A DNA stretch of 44,303 bases from a virus (lineage: Duplodnaviria; Caudoviricetes). Each line of letters opens with the position of its first letter. The first letter of the stretch is position 1. Where the stretch lies: positions 1 through 44,303 of IMG/VR virus record IMGVR_UViG_3300031820_000009; one strand, written 5' to 3'. A program made the position numbers and the translations under genes. The notes beneath the pieces are model-generated. The model was not told the DNA's origin. It did not search any database and worked only from the letters and a program-made list of their open reading frames with translations. Of this stretch, positions 9,311-17,403 are shown piece after piece.

Positions 9311-9889
9311 ATGAGCAAGGATTTGCGAATAGGGCAGGCCATTAAATACAACGAACCAAACGGATCATACGGGCGAATTGTTTACTGCCATCCGCCAACG
9401 GCGGAAGAGCGCTGCGTTCAGTGGAATTATGGAAAAGATTATAAGGGTGACTCGATAACGGCGCAGTCTTGTCACGTTCGGACTGGTGCCCTTGTAAGCG
9501 TGCGCGAAGAATTCTACGCGCAATACGTGTCGATCCTAGCTTGGTCAGAAGCGCAAAAAGAACTAGAACGTAGCTATCTTGAAGTCGTTAAAGGACCACA
9601 GGCGTTCGAGGAGCGAGATGAGGCTAGGTGGAGGGCTGATCGCGCCGAATTCGACCGTGATCGTTTCAGTGCACATGCGGCGCTCGAATTGGAGACCGCA
9701 CTGACGGAAGCACATGCGGCGCTCGAACGATCTATCGCAGAGTGCGAGCACCTCCGCAAGGAGATCGAGGACTCGAAAGAAACTTGGACCACTCGTGCTT
9801 ATAAGCGCGTCTCTGAAAGGCTGCGAGAGGAACAAACGAACGGGAAGTGCTTCTGTGGTCGCGTCGCTTGTCTGGAGCACAAACTATGA
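9311..9889 (+). CDS. Hypothetical coiled-coil protein ending in a CFCGRxACxEH motif
   Basis: GGAGG SD before ATG 9311; ATGA overlap with the next gene. Confidence 0.65.
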   Translation: MSKDLRIGQAIKYNEPNGSYGRIVYCHPPTAEERCVQWNYGKDYKGDSITAQSCHVRTGALVSVREEFYAQYVSILAWSEAQKELERSYLEVVKGPQAFEERDEARWRADRAEFDRDRFSAHAALELETALTEAHAALERSIAECEHLRKEIEDSKETWTTRAYKRVSERLREEQTNGKCFCGRVACLEHKL

Positions 9890-10332
9890 GCGCGCCCATC
9901 AAAGTGTGGTGCCCCGACGACGGAGGGGAGCCAAATACCGCCAATGTGGCAGTTGGCGACGATTCTGTTTTGGAAGCTCGACGATTCGCGCGCTTTCGAT
10001 ACATTACATCGTGGCATCGTCCAGCAGCGCAAATCATTCACGTACGAATGACCGACGGCACTCTGCGCATCTACACTGTCGAGACTCAAACGCGCGTCGC
10101 GTTCGTAGCTTTTCCACAGAGTGCGGAGGATGCGCGCAAGGCGACGCTACCTCGCATCGCTTATGTGAAGGCGTCGTTAAAATCGCTCCGCGAGAAAGAT
10201 CGTTCCTCTATGAGTCCCGATGAGATCGCGAATGATCTGTTCCGTATGAGGGAATTGATTGACGAGTTGGACTCCATGATGTGCTTCTGTGGACGCGCCG
10301 CTTGCACGGAGCATCGCACCGAAAAGCCTTGA
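9886..10332 (+). CDS. Hypothetical protein ending in a CFCGRxACxEH motif
   Basis: ATGA coupling; shares its C-terminal motif with the upstream gene. Confidence 0.65.
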   Translation: MSAPIKVWCPDDGGEPNTANVAVGDDSVLEARRFARFRYITSWHRPAAQIIHVRMTDGTLRIYTVETQTRVAFVAFPQSAEDARKATLPRIAYVKASLKSLREKDRSSMSPDEIANDLFRMRELIDELDSMMCFCGRAACTEHRTEKP

Positions 10333-10357
10333 CGTATCCGGCAGGGCGTGCTCCGAT
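10329..10357 (+). promoter_or_regulatory. Putative late promoter TTGACG-N17-TCCGAT, 6 nt upstream of ATG 10364
   Basis: Same architecture as 15551-15579. Confidence 0.45.
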
Positions 10358-10363
10358 TGATTT

Positions 10364-10576
10364 ATGAGCGCACATTTCTCGGGCGAGAATCCCTATCAGA
10401 AAATTTTGGAAGCTTACGAACGTGGCGCTCCGCTGCACGAGGATGCAGCGGACGGCGACGATCTTGGTTTCGACATGACGGAGCCACCGCAGACTGAGCA
10501 GTGCGATGCTCCGCCCGAAGCCACCACCTGTGAAGACGAGGATGAGGAATTGGACGAAGAGATGCCCGAAGCATAG
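10364..10576 (+). CDS. Small highly acidic protein, in frame with TerL across one TAG
   Basis: 70 aa, D/E-rich C-terminus (EDEDEELDEE). Confidence 0.55.
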   Translation: MSAHFSGENPYQKILEAYERGAPLHEDAADGDDLGFDMTEPPQTEQCDAPPEATTCEDEDEELDEEMPEA

Positions 10577-10588
10577 CTGCGCGCGCAC

Positions 10589-12226
10589 TTGCGCCCCGAA
10601 GAAGCAATCGCCTCTCTCTCCAACACCTCTCTCGTATCAATCGAGCGCGAGCAGGGTCTTCGCTCAGGTCTCTGGAAATTCGTCCAGCTCGCCTGGCCCA
10701 AGACTCCTGTAGAGCAGCTCCAGATTGACCATCCCGTCGAGCCAGAGCTATTGGTGCCTGGCTGGCATATGGAGGAGATCTGTAACCATCTGGAGGCAGT
10801 TTCACGCGGTGAGTTGCGCCGGCTGATCATCAATGTCCCTCCCGGCACCAGCAAGAGCACCCTTACGTCAGTGTTGTGGCCGGCGTGGGATTGGATTCGA
10901 TACCCTAAACGCAAGTGGATCACGGGCACCCAAGACGTGGGCCTTATGCGGCGCGACTCCAATCGGTGCCGTGGACTCCTCCGCTCCGAGTGGTATCGCG
11001 AGCGTTGGGGATTATCTGTGGACGAGTCGGGCGAAGTGCAAGATACACAAGCGATTTGGCACACCACAGCCGGGGGACGTCGCGTCTCTGTTACCGTCGG
11101 TGGCGCGGCCATCGGCTGGCACTCAGAAATCCAATTAATTGACGATCCGCATAAGCCGAAAGACCTCGCAGGTGATCCCGACGTGGCGCAGCGCTCGCTC
11201 GAACGCGTGTGGAGTTGGTTCACCCTCACCATGTCCAGTCGACGGACGAATCCGCGTAAGTTCGCGCGCGTGATCATCATGCAGCGACTCCATGAGGGAG
11301 ATCTAACCGGACGCATCCTCAATAGCGACGGGGCGAAGGAATGGACGCATCTCATGCTGCCGATGCGATTCGAGCGCGAGCGGGTCTGTGTTACGGCGTG
11401 GGGAGGCGACCGTCGGCGCGCGCCTGAGCTGTACAGCCGGCCCGATCTACCTGTCGATCCTGTTCTGCTCTGCCCTGCGCGCTTCGATGCGGTGGCCGTC
11501 GAGGAAATGCGAAAAGGCGTCGGCGGGCTGGGAGAACGCGGAGACGCGGCGCAGAACCAGCAGCGCCCCAATCCTGCTGGCGGCAACGTGTTCAAGCGCG
11601 AGTGGTTCGCCAAGTTTTGGCTGCCGGTTGGCCACGAGTTGTGGAGCAAACTGACCGAAGACGAGCGGACCAACGTTGTGCCCTATCCCGTCCGCGTGAC
11701 CGAGATTCAATCTTGGGATTGCGCGTTCAAGGACCGCGCAGGTGCCGCGCTGACGGCCGGCCACGTCTGGGGATACGACGCGGCCAACTTCTATCTGCGC
11801 GATCGCATCGCGGACAACCTCTCGCTACCAACCATTTGCAATTGCGTGCGCGCGTTCAAGCGGCGGCACCCCCGCGCGCGGGGGGTACTAATCGAGGACA
11901 AAGCCAACGGTCCAGCGGTCGAACAGACTCTACGTAAGGAGGTCTCCGGGATCATCATGTGGGAGCCACACGGAGGTAAGATCGCGCAAGCAAATGCGGT
12001 CACGCCAATCGCTCAGGCTGGGAACATTATCTTTCCTCATCCGCTATTGTTCCCGTGGGTGGATGAGATGATGGAGTTGATCTTAGGATTCCCTTTTTCC
12101 GCTTCGAACGACGATACGGACGCCATGTGTCAGGCAATCTTGCACTTGCATGATAACATACAACCAGGATATCTTTCAGCTATGCGGAAGGTCCGGGACG
12201 GCTCGTTTCGAGTGGGCGAAAGATGA
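10589..12226 (+). CDS. terL: Terminase large subunit
   Basis: WH..ICNHLE, LIINVPPGTSKS (Walker A), LIDDPH, IIMQRLHE.D, QQRP, QSWD.AFK, LIEDKANG and DD.DA nuclease motifs; start codon uncertain. Confidence 0.95.
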   Translation: MRPEEAIASLSNTSLVSIEREQGLRSGLWKFVQLAWPKTPVEQLQIDHPVEPELLVPGWHMEEICNHLEAVSRGELRRLIINVPPGTSKSTLTSVLWPAWDWIRYPKRKWITGTQDVGLMRRDSNRCRGLLRSEWYRERWGLSVDESGEVQDTQAIWHTTAGGRRVSVTVGGAAIGWHSEIQLIDDPHKPKDLAGDPDVAQRSLERVWSWFTLTMSSRRTNPRKFARVIIMQRLHEGDLTGRILNSDGAKEWTHLMLPMRFERERVCVTAWGGDRRRAPELYSRPDLPVDPVLLCPARFDAVAVEEMRKGVGGLGERGDAAQNQQRPNPAGGNVFKREWFAKFWLPVGHELWSKLTEDERTNVVPYPVRVTEIQSWDCAFKDRAGAALTAGHVWGYDAANFYLRDRIADNLSLPTICNCVRAFKRRHPRARGVLIEDKANGPAVEQTLRKEVSGIIMWEPHGGKIAQANAVTPIAQAGNIIFPHPLLFPWVDEMMELILGFPFSASNDDTDAMCQAILHLHDNIQPGYLSAMRKVRDGSFRVGER

Positions 12227-13869
12227 GCAACCATCCTTGGACTACGCGCATGCTCCGCGACGGTGCCGCCTCAAACCGCGCGCGCAAAATCCGGCTCGAT
12301 TCGTGGGTCAACATGCTCACCGGGCTTGGGACCGCGCGTGATAAGACGACTTACACGTTGCCTGTCTCTGACGTGCTCCTCACGCCGCAGATGCTGGAGA
12401 TCCTCTATCACTCAAGTGACATCGCAGCACGCATCGTGAGTGCAATCCCGGACGAAGCCTTTAAGCGGCCCTACAAGATCGTCAGTCGCTCCGCGATGCA
12501 ACGGGCAGGCGTGCATCAACAAGACCTCTCCGTCGGCGCCTCCGACGAAGACGAGGCCCGCTATGGATCTAATCTCTCTACTCGCGACGCCAAACGCGGT
12601 AAGGGCTTGCAGAAGGTCGCGGAGAAGACCAACGACTCCGAGGCTGTGCAGACTGCCACGCTCGAATCCGATATCGAACTGCTAGGCGCGCGAGAAAAGC
12701 AGCACGAGGCTATGACCTGGGGGCGACTCTACGGACTTGGCGCTATCCTACTCGGGGCCGATGATGGACTGCTCCATGAAGATGCGTGGATGCCGCTCGA
12801 CGATTCGGCAATTCGCAGCGTTGACTTTTTGACTATACTCGATCGGCGAGATCTAGTGCCGTATCGATGGTACGCCGATGTGATGGCGCCGAAATTCGGC
12901 GACATCGCGATCTATCAGGTGCAACCAGTTGGCGTATATATGGGCGCGCCTGTAGATCCCGTAACGCCTAACAACTCGCTCATCACGTGCCACGAGACGC
13001 GGCTCATCCGCTTCGGCGCAGAGCTGACTAGCAAGCGTGAGCGGTTGCGCAATCAAGGTTCTGACTACTCAGTGCTCCAAAAGTGCTTCCGCGCGCTTCA
13101 GCTCGTCGACAACAATTGGCAGTCGGCGAGCGCGCTTCTCGCGGACGCGTCACAGGCGGTCTACAAGATCAAAGGGTTGATGGACATGATCAGCCAAGAG
13201 CCCGGCATCATGCAAGACCGCATGGCCCTCGTCGACCAAATGCGCTCGGTCTTGCGCGGCGTGGTGCTCGACGCTGATGGCGAGGACTTCGACCGCAAGC
13301 CCACATCGTTTTCAGGGATCCCTGAAATGTTGCGTGAGACGTGGGCGCGTTTGGGTGCGGCCGCGCGCATGCCGGTCATCATGCTGATGGGCACGTCTAC
13401 CAAAGGGCTCGGCGATACCGGAGATAGTGAGGTCCGCTGGTGGTACGACACAGTCGCGTCGACGCAAGAGCGCGTCGTCGGGCCGCAGGCTGAGCGCATC
13501 GTGAGCGCGCTCGCGGCCGCGCACGGGTTCGATCCCGACGCATTTGCCGTCGTGTTCCCGCCGCTGTGGCAAATGAGTGAAAAGGAGCAGGCCGATTTGC
13601 ATTTGCAGCAGGCGCAAGCGGACGCTGTCTACATCGATCGCGGTGTCGCCACGCCCGAGGAGATCGCAGTCTCACGGTTCTCTACTGAGGGGTTTTCTCT
13701 CGACACGAAAATCGACATCGATGCGCGTCTTCGCATCATGGCGTTGGCGCTCGTGCAAGCAGAGCAAGAAGTCGTCAACTCGCTTGCAGCCGCAAGAAAT
13801 CCGCAACCACCGCCAGCCGCGCCTAGTGAATCACCAGATCCCAAACCGCCTGGGGAAGTCGAGAATTAG
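12223..13869 (+). CDS. Portal protein (DUF1073/HI1409-like)
   Basis: Follows TerL; GLGTARDK, WGRLYG, HETRLIRF, LMGTSTKGL..TG, WYD and F.PLW motifs. Confidence 0.88.
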   Translation: MSNHPWTTRMLRDGAASNRARKIRLDSWVNMLTGLGTARDKTTYTLPVSDVLLTPQMLEILYHSSDIAARIVSAIPDEAFKRPYKIVSRSAMQRAGVHQQDLSVGASDEDEARYGSNLSTRDAKRGKGLQKVAEKTNDSEAVQTATLESDIELLGAREKQHEAMTWGRLYGLGAILLGADDGLLHEDAWMPLDDSAIRSVDFLTILDRRDLVPYRWYADVMAPKFGDIAIYQVQPVGVYMGAPVDPVTPNNSLITCHETRLIRFGAELTSKRERLRNQGSDYSVLQKCFRALQLVDNNWQSASALLADASQAVYKIKGLMDMISQEPGIMQDRMALVDQMRSVLRGVVLDADGEDFDRKPTSFSGIPEMLRETWARLGAAARMPVIMLMGTSTKGLGDTGDSEVRWWYDTVASTQERVVGPQAERIVSALAAAHGFDPDAFAVVFPPLWQMSEKEQADLHLQQAQADAVYIDRGVATPEEIAVSRFSTEGFSLDTKIDIDARLRIMALALVQAEQEVVNSLAAARNPQPPPAAPSESPDPKPPGEVEN

Positions 13870-13878
13870 GAGGGGACG

Positions 13879-14574
13879 ATGCGCGCATTCGGATCTGTAA
13901 GTACAAGCAGCACCAGCGAGGTCGCAATCAACGGGACCACATATAACGAGCCGACGAGCGGCGCGCAGCGCGCGCTGAAATCTTCGAGCGCCAATGACGC
14001 AGCCGCAGGAACCGGCGCGCGCAAGGTCAGAATCACTTATTACGCCTTGGCGAGCGATGGGACAATCACCGGGCCGTTCACCGAGTTGATCACGCTGAAC
14101 GGTACCGCTGCCGTCGCCACGGTCGCGACCAACATCGCGCTTGTGGAGCGGATGGACGTAACGAGTGTCGGCTCGGGGGGAGTTCCGGCAGGCACCCTTA
14201 CACTCGCCCCAGCCGCTGATGGTACAGGTACTGCGATCGGCACTATTGCTGCCGGCAAGCGATCCACCGAATGGGCGCATCATTATGTTTCCTCGGGGAA
14301 GCGATGCGCGATCTCCGATCTGATCGTGGTTGGGGGGGATGCTGCGCAGGCGGCTATCAGCGTGCGTGCTCAATCTTTCCCCACGGCAAACGTTCCTGAG
14401 ACGAGTATTCTTTCGCGGTTGGGTGTCACAAACGCGACGCCCACGGCGGCTCTGCTCGTCGCAGAGCAGGTGACGAAACGCGTCGCAGGACCGGCGCGGG
14501 TGCGCGCGTACGTGACACCTGCAAATACGAATGCGCAAGTTACCAGCGTCGATATAGGGCTCTACGAGCTGTGA
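13879..14574 (+). CDS. Putative beta-rich virion protein
   Basis: AGGAGG SD; Thr/Ala/Gly-rich; SSSANDAAAGTGARKVRI...ITLNGT motif. Confidence 0.6.
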   Translation: MRAFGSVSTSSTSEVAINGTTYNEPTSGAQRALKSSSANDAAAGTGARKVRITYYALASDGTITGPFTELITLNGTAAVATVATNIALVERMDVTSVGSGGVPAGTLTLAPAADGTGTAIGTIAAGKRSTEWAHHYVSSGKRCAISDLIVVGGDAAQAAISVRAQSFPTANVPETSILSRLGVTNATPTAALLVAEQVTKRVAGPARVRAYVTPANTNAQVTSVDIGLYEL

Positions 14575-14807
14575 GCGAGGAGACCTGCCCGAACGTTCGC
14601 TCCCGCTTGCGTGCTGACAAGCGGCGCGGCATCACTACACCGCAGGCGATGCTAGATTTTATCCGCCGCACATGTGGCTGTGATCTACACCGCAGTTGGA
14701 GGCACTCGAATGGCCGGCCCACAGTCACCATTCAGGCGCCGCGCCCAGCAACGGATCCGACGGCAGTTGGCGAGGTCGCGGGCTCCAAAGCACCCGGGCG
14801 GGCCTGA
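14571..14807 (+). CDS. Small hypothetical protein
   Basis: GTGA overlap with the upstream stop; overlaps the next gene by about 98 nt. Confidence 0.35.
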   Translation: MSEETCPNVRSRLRADKRRGITTPQAMLDFIRRTCGCDLHRSWRHSNGRPTVTIQAPRPATDPTAVGEVAGSKAPGRA

Positions 14808-15531
14808 GACACAGCTCAAACTCGCCACTGATCGACTGATGCGTGCTTGGCACGCGCATCTGAAACACGCCGCCCTAATCATCGCGCCGCATCGCAGACG
14901 GCTCCGCCGACAAGACGCCACCGCCAGCGAAACGTCGACGTTATCGCGTACCTGGAATTATGCGCTGCAACTCCTTCACACATCTCCCTTTAAGCGGTTG
15001 GTGGACGCCGCCGCAAAACGCACTGCTGATTCGGCGGCGGCGCAAACTGAAGAGGCGCTCGCACTTGACGACTATTCTCCGAATTTGGCTAAGGAATCCA
15101 ACGATTTGAGCTCCGATGTGTTCGCTCAAGTGTCCGGCAAAATGCGAGATTCGATCGCACGCGCAGAGAACATCTTGGACGAATTCGACCCTGATGAGGA
15201 TGATTTAGATACGCTCGCAAGCGATCTCGACGATGGCCTGGCGGGCATCCACGGAGGTGCGATTGCGCTCGTTTCCGTCGCATTTGGATACGGTTTTGCG
15301 CAGCTCGTCAAATCGGCGCAGCAAGATGCGGGGGTGTCGCAGTACACCTGGATGGCGCAGCGGGATAGCGTCGTGCGTCCCGAGCACGTAGCGCTCGACG
15401 ATGGCGCGCATTATTTCTGGGACGATCCCCCTCTGAGTGCGCGCGATAGCAGTTCGGGCGAGGATTGCCATCCAGGCGAGGACTACAACTGCCGTTGTGT
15501 AGCGAGCCCCGTACCGCCGGATGAGGATTGA
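14710..15531 (+). CDS. Head morphogenesis protein (SPP1 gp7 / Mu gpF-like)
   Basis: GV..YTW....D..VRPEH...D, HPGEDYNCRC C-terminal motif; GGAGG SD before ATG 14710. Confidence 0.88.
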   Translation: MAGPQSPFRRRAQQRIRRQLARSRAPKHPGGPETQLKLATDRLMRAWHAHLKHAALIIAPHRRRLRRQDATASETSTLSRTWNYALQLLHTSPFKRLVDAAAKRTADSAAAQTEEALALDDYSPNLAKESNDLSSDVFAQVSGKMRDSIARAENILDEFDPDEDDLDTLASDLDDGLAGIHGGAIALVSVAFGYGFAQLVKSAQQDAGVSQYTWMAQRDSVVRPEHVALDDGAHYFWDDPPLSARDSSSGEDCHPGEDYNCRCVASPVPPDED

Positions 15532-15539
15532 CGAATTAT

Positions 15540-15579
15540 CGATTAGGTACTTGACACCCTAATCGTATTGCGCTCCAAT
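15540..15579 (+). promoter_or_regulatory. Promoter TTGACA-N17-TCCAAT with an 8-bp inverted repeat (CGATTAGG...CCTAATCG) around the -35 box
   Basis: -35 at 15551-15556, -10 at 15574-15579, ATG 7 nt later; IR arms at 15540-15547 and 15558-15565. Confidence 0.55.
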
Positions 15580-15586
15580 CAAATAA

Positions 15587-16789
15587 ATGGTACGGCACCT
15601 CCGCCTGGACAGAACGCCTCTCGGAAACGTCGCAAAAACGGCGCAAGGCGGCATCAAGGTTGAGGCTACTCTTACTCGATCTGGAGTTTTTGAATACCAA
15701 ACCCCCTCCGGTGTGATTCGTGAATATCGCCCCCCCAGCGAGGTTGCGCGTGCGGATGCCCTCGCAACGCTTAAGGGCGCGCCAATCACAGTTCGGCATC
15801 CACCGGCAAAGGTCGACCCCAGCAACTTTCGGCGCTTTTCGGCAGGGCATGTCGGCGATGATGTCCGCCCTGAGGGGCACCAGATTGCCGCGACGCTCTA
15901 TGTGCAGGATGCTGAAGCGATCCGTGCGATTGAGGCCGGCACGCGCGAAGCCTCGTGCGGCTATCACTGCGATGTAGACGAAACTCCTGGCGTGGTTCCG
16001 GCCGGCGAGCAGGACGCCGGAAAGCCCTACGATCGCGTGCAACGCAACATGACTTACAACCATTTGGCCCTCGTCGACGCGGGCCGCGCTGGTGACGCGC
16101 GATTGCGTCTCGATTCGAGTGACGAGCCAATCATCGTCGAGGAGAGTCGGAAAATGAAGGAACTGATTGAGGGAGTGGAATACGAGACGGGAACGCCCGC
16201 GCACGCGGCGGCTTGCGATCGTCGAGATTTGAAGCTGCGGCAGGACGCCGCCGATCGCGCGCAGCTCCTCAAGGAGCGCGACGAGGCGAAGAAGGCAGCT
16301 AAGGAAGTGCAAGATCGCCTTGATGCACTTGAAGCTCACGTGAAGAAGATGGCGACTCCTGAGGCGTTTGATCGCGCTGTTGCGCAGCGACTCGCGATCG
16401 TTGAGAAGGCCCGTAAGGTTCTCGGCGCTGAGTTCAAAGCGGATGGTCTCACGAACAATGCAATCATGCGCGCCGCCGTCGACAAGGCTTATCCCGACGA
16501 GCGTCTCGACGACAAGATCGATCGAAACTACGTCGCTGGTTTGTTCCGTGGCATTCGCACGGACGAGGCGGATCGCGCACAGGTGCGCAATGACGCTGCC
16601 GATAAGCTGCTTCGTGGCACCAAGCCGATCTCCACGGCGGTCGGCAATGTCCGTTCACTTGCGCAGGTTCGTGCCGATGCGATGGAGTCGTCTGATATGC
16701 GCTGCGCACGTCCACTGGCGATGAGTCGTCGAGATCGCTCTGGCGAGACGCGGTCGGGGCAGTCTGCGCAACTGGAAACTATGAAGTAA
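15587..16789 (+). CDS. Head maturation protease/scaffold (DUF2213-like)
   Basis: TRSGVFEY, EYRPPSEV, PIT..HP, EASCGY.CD, NHLALVDAGRAG, then a coiled-coil scaffold region. Confidence 0.88.
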   Translation: MVRHLRLDRTPLGNVAKTAQGGIKVEATLTRSGVFEYQTPSGVIREYRPPSEVARADALATLKGAPITVRHPPAKVDPSNFRRFSAGHVGDDVRPEGHQIAATLYVQDAEAIRAIEAGTREASCGYHCDVDETPGVVPAGEQDAGKPYDRVQRNMTYNHLALVDAGRAGDARLRLDSSDEPIIVEESRKMKELIEGVEYETGTPAHAAACDRRDLKLRQDAADRAQLLKERDEAKKAAKEVQDRLDALEAHVKKMATPEAFDRAVAQRLAIVEKARKVLGAEFKADGLTNNAIMRAAVDKAYPDERLDDKIDRNYVAGLFRGIRTDEADRAQVRNDAADKLLRGTKPISTAVGNVRSLAQVRADAMESSDMRCARPLAMSRRDRSGETRSGQSAQLETMK

Positions 16790-16800
16790 AGGAGACGACC

Positions 16801-17337
16801 ATGCAAACGACCTACAATGTTAATCCCGCGCCGGCCGTAGCCGGTATGGTTGTCGACTCCCGAGAGGGCACCGTGATCATTTCCAAGCTCGCGTCCGGGG
16901 CTGTTCCGGTCGGGTTGGCCGTCGCGCCCGCCACAGATCCTCTGACTATCCCGTCGCTCACTGGCGTCGCGACTTCCCCGGCCAATCCAGGGCAGGTGAA
17001 AGCGTGGCCCGCAAGCGTCACGACTGATCCGGTAGCACTCTCCACGTTCATGGGCATTCCGATCTACGATTCGTCCCGCCCTCCGCACGACAGCAGCAAT
17101 TCTTACAGCGACAAGGACTATGTCCCTGTGCTGCGCAAAGGCGTCGTGTGGGTCAACGCGGAGGGCGCCGTGACGCAGTTCAACGATGTCTATATCCGTA
17201 CGGCCACCAGCGGCGGCTTCACGACGTTGGGCACGTTTGCCGACGGCGCTGGTACAGGCTTGTGCAAGCTGCCCAACGCACGTTTTCTGACGAGCGTCGG
17301 TAGCGGCGGGGGTCTGGTGCAGGTCGAGCTGATTTAG
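16801..17337 (+). CDS. Head decoration/cement protein
   Basis: MQTTY...AVAGM, VPVG.AV, VLRKG.VWV; lies between protease and capsid genes; AAGGAG SD. Confidence 0.8.
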   Translation: MQTTYNVNPAPAVAGMVVDSREGTVIISKLASGAVPVGLAVAPATDPLTIPSLTGVATSPANPGQVKAWPASVTTDPVALSTFMGIPIYDSSRPPHDSSNSYSDKDYVPVLRKGVVWVNAEGAVTQFNDVYIRTATSGGFTTLGTFADGAGTGLCKLPNARFLTSVGSGGGLVQVELI

Positions 17338-17344
17338 TTCCACA

Positions 17345-17371
17345 GAGCACGCGAGCGAAACTCGCGTGCTC
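17345..17371 (+). other. Perfect 11-bp RNA hairpin upstream of the capsid gene
   Basis: GAGCACGCGAG-CGAAA-CTCGCGTGCTC; no U-tract. Confidence 0.7.
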
Positions 17372-17403
17372 GATGGTGCGAAGATCAACGGGGCGACGCC
17401 CCA

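Noticed and set aside
9671-9727. 18-bp direct repeat GCACATGCGGCGCTCGAA
   Set aside because: In-frame AHAALE duplication inside a coiled coil; no sign of a mobile or regulatory role
12223-13869. Anti-CBASS Acb1 annotation sometimes given to DUF1073 proteins
   Set aside because: No HxT phosphoesterase domain seen; position and motifs fit a portal protein
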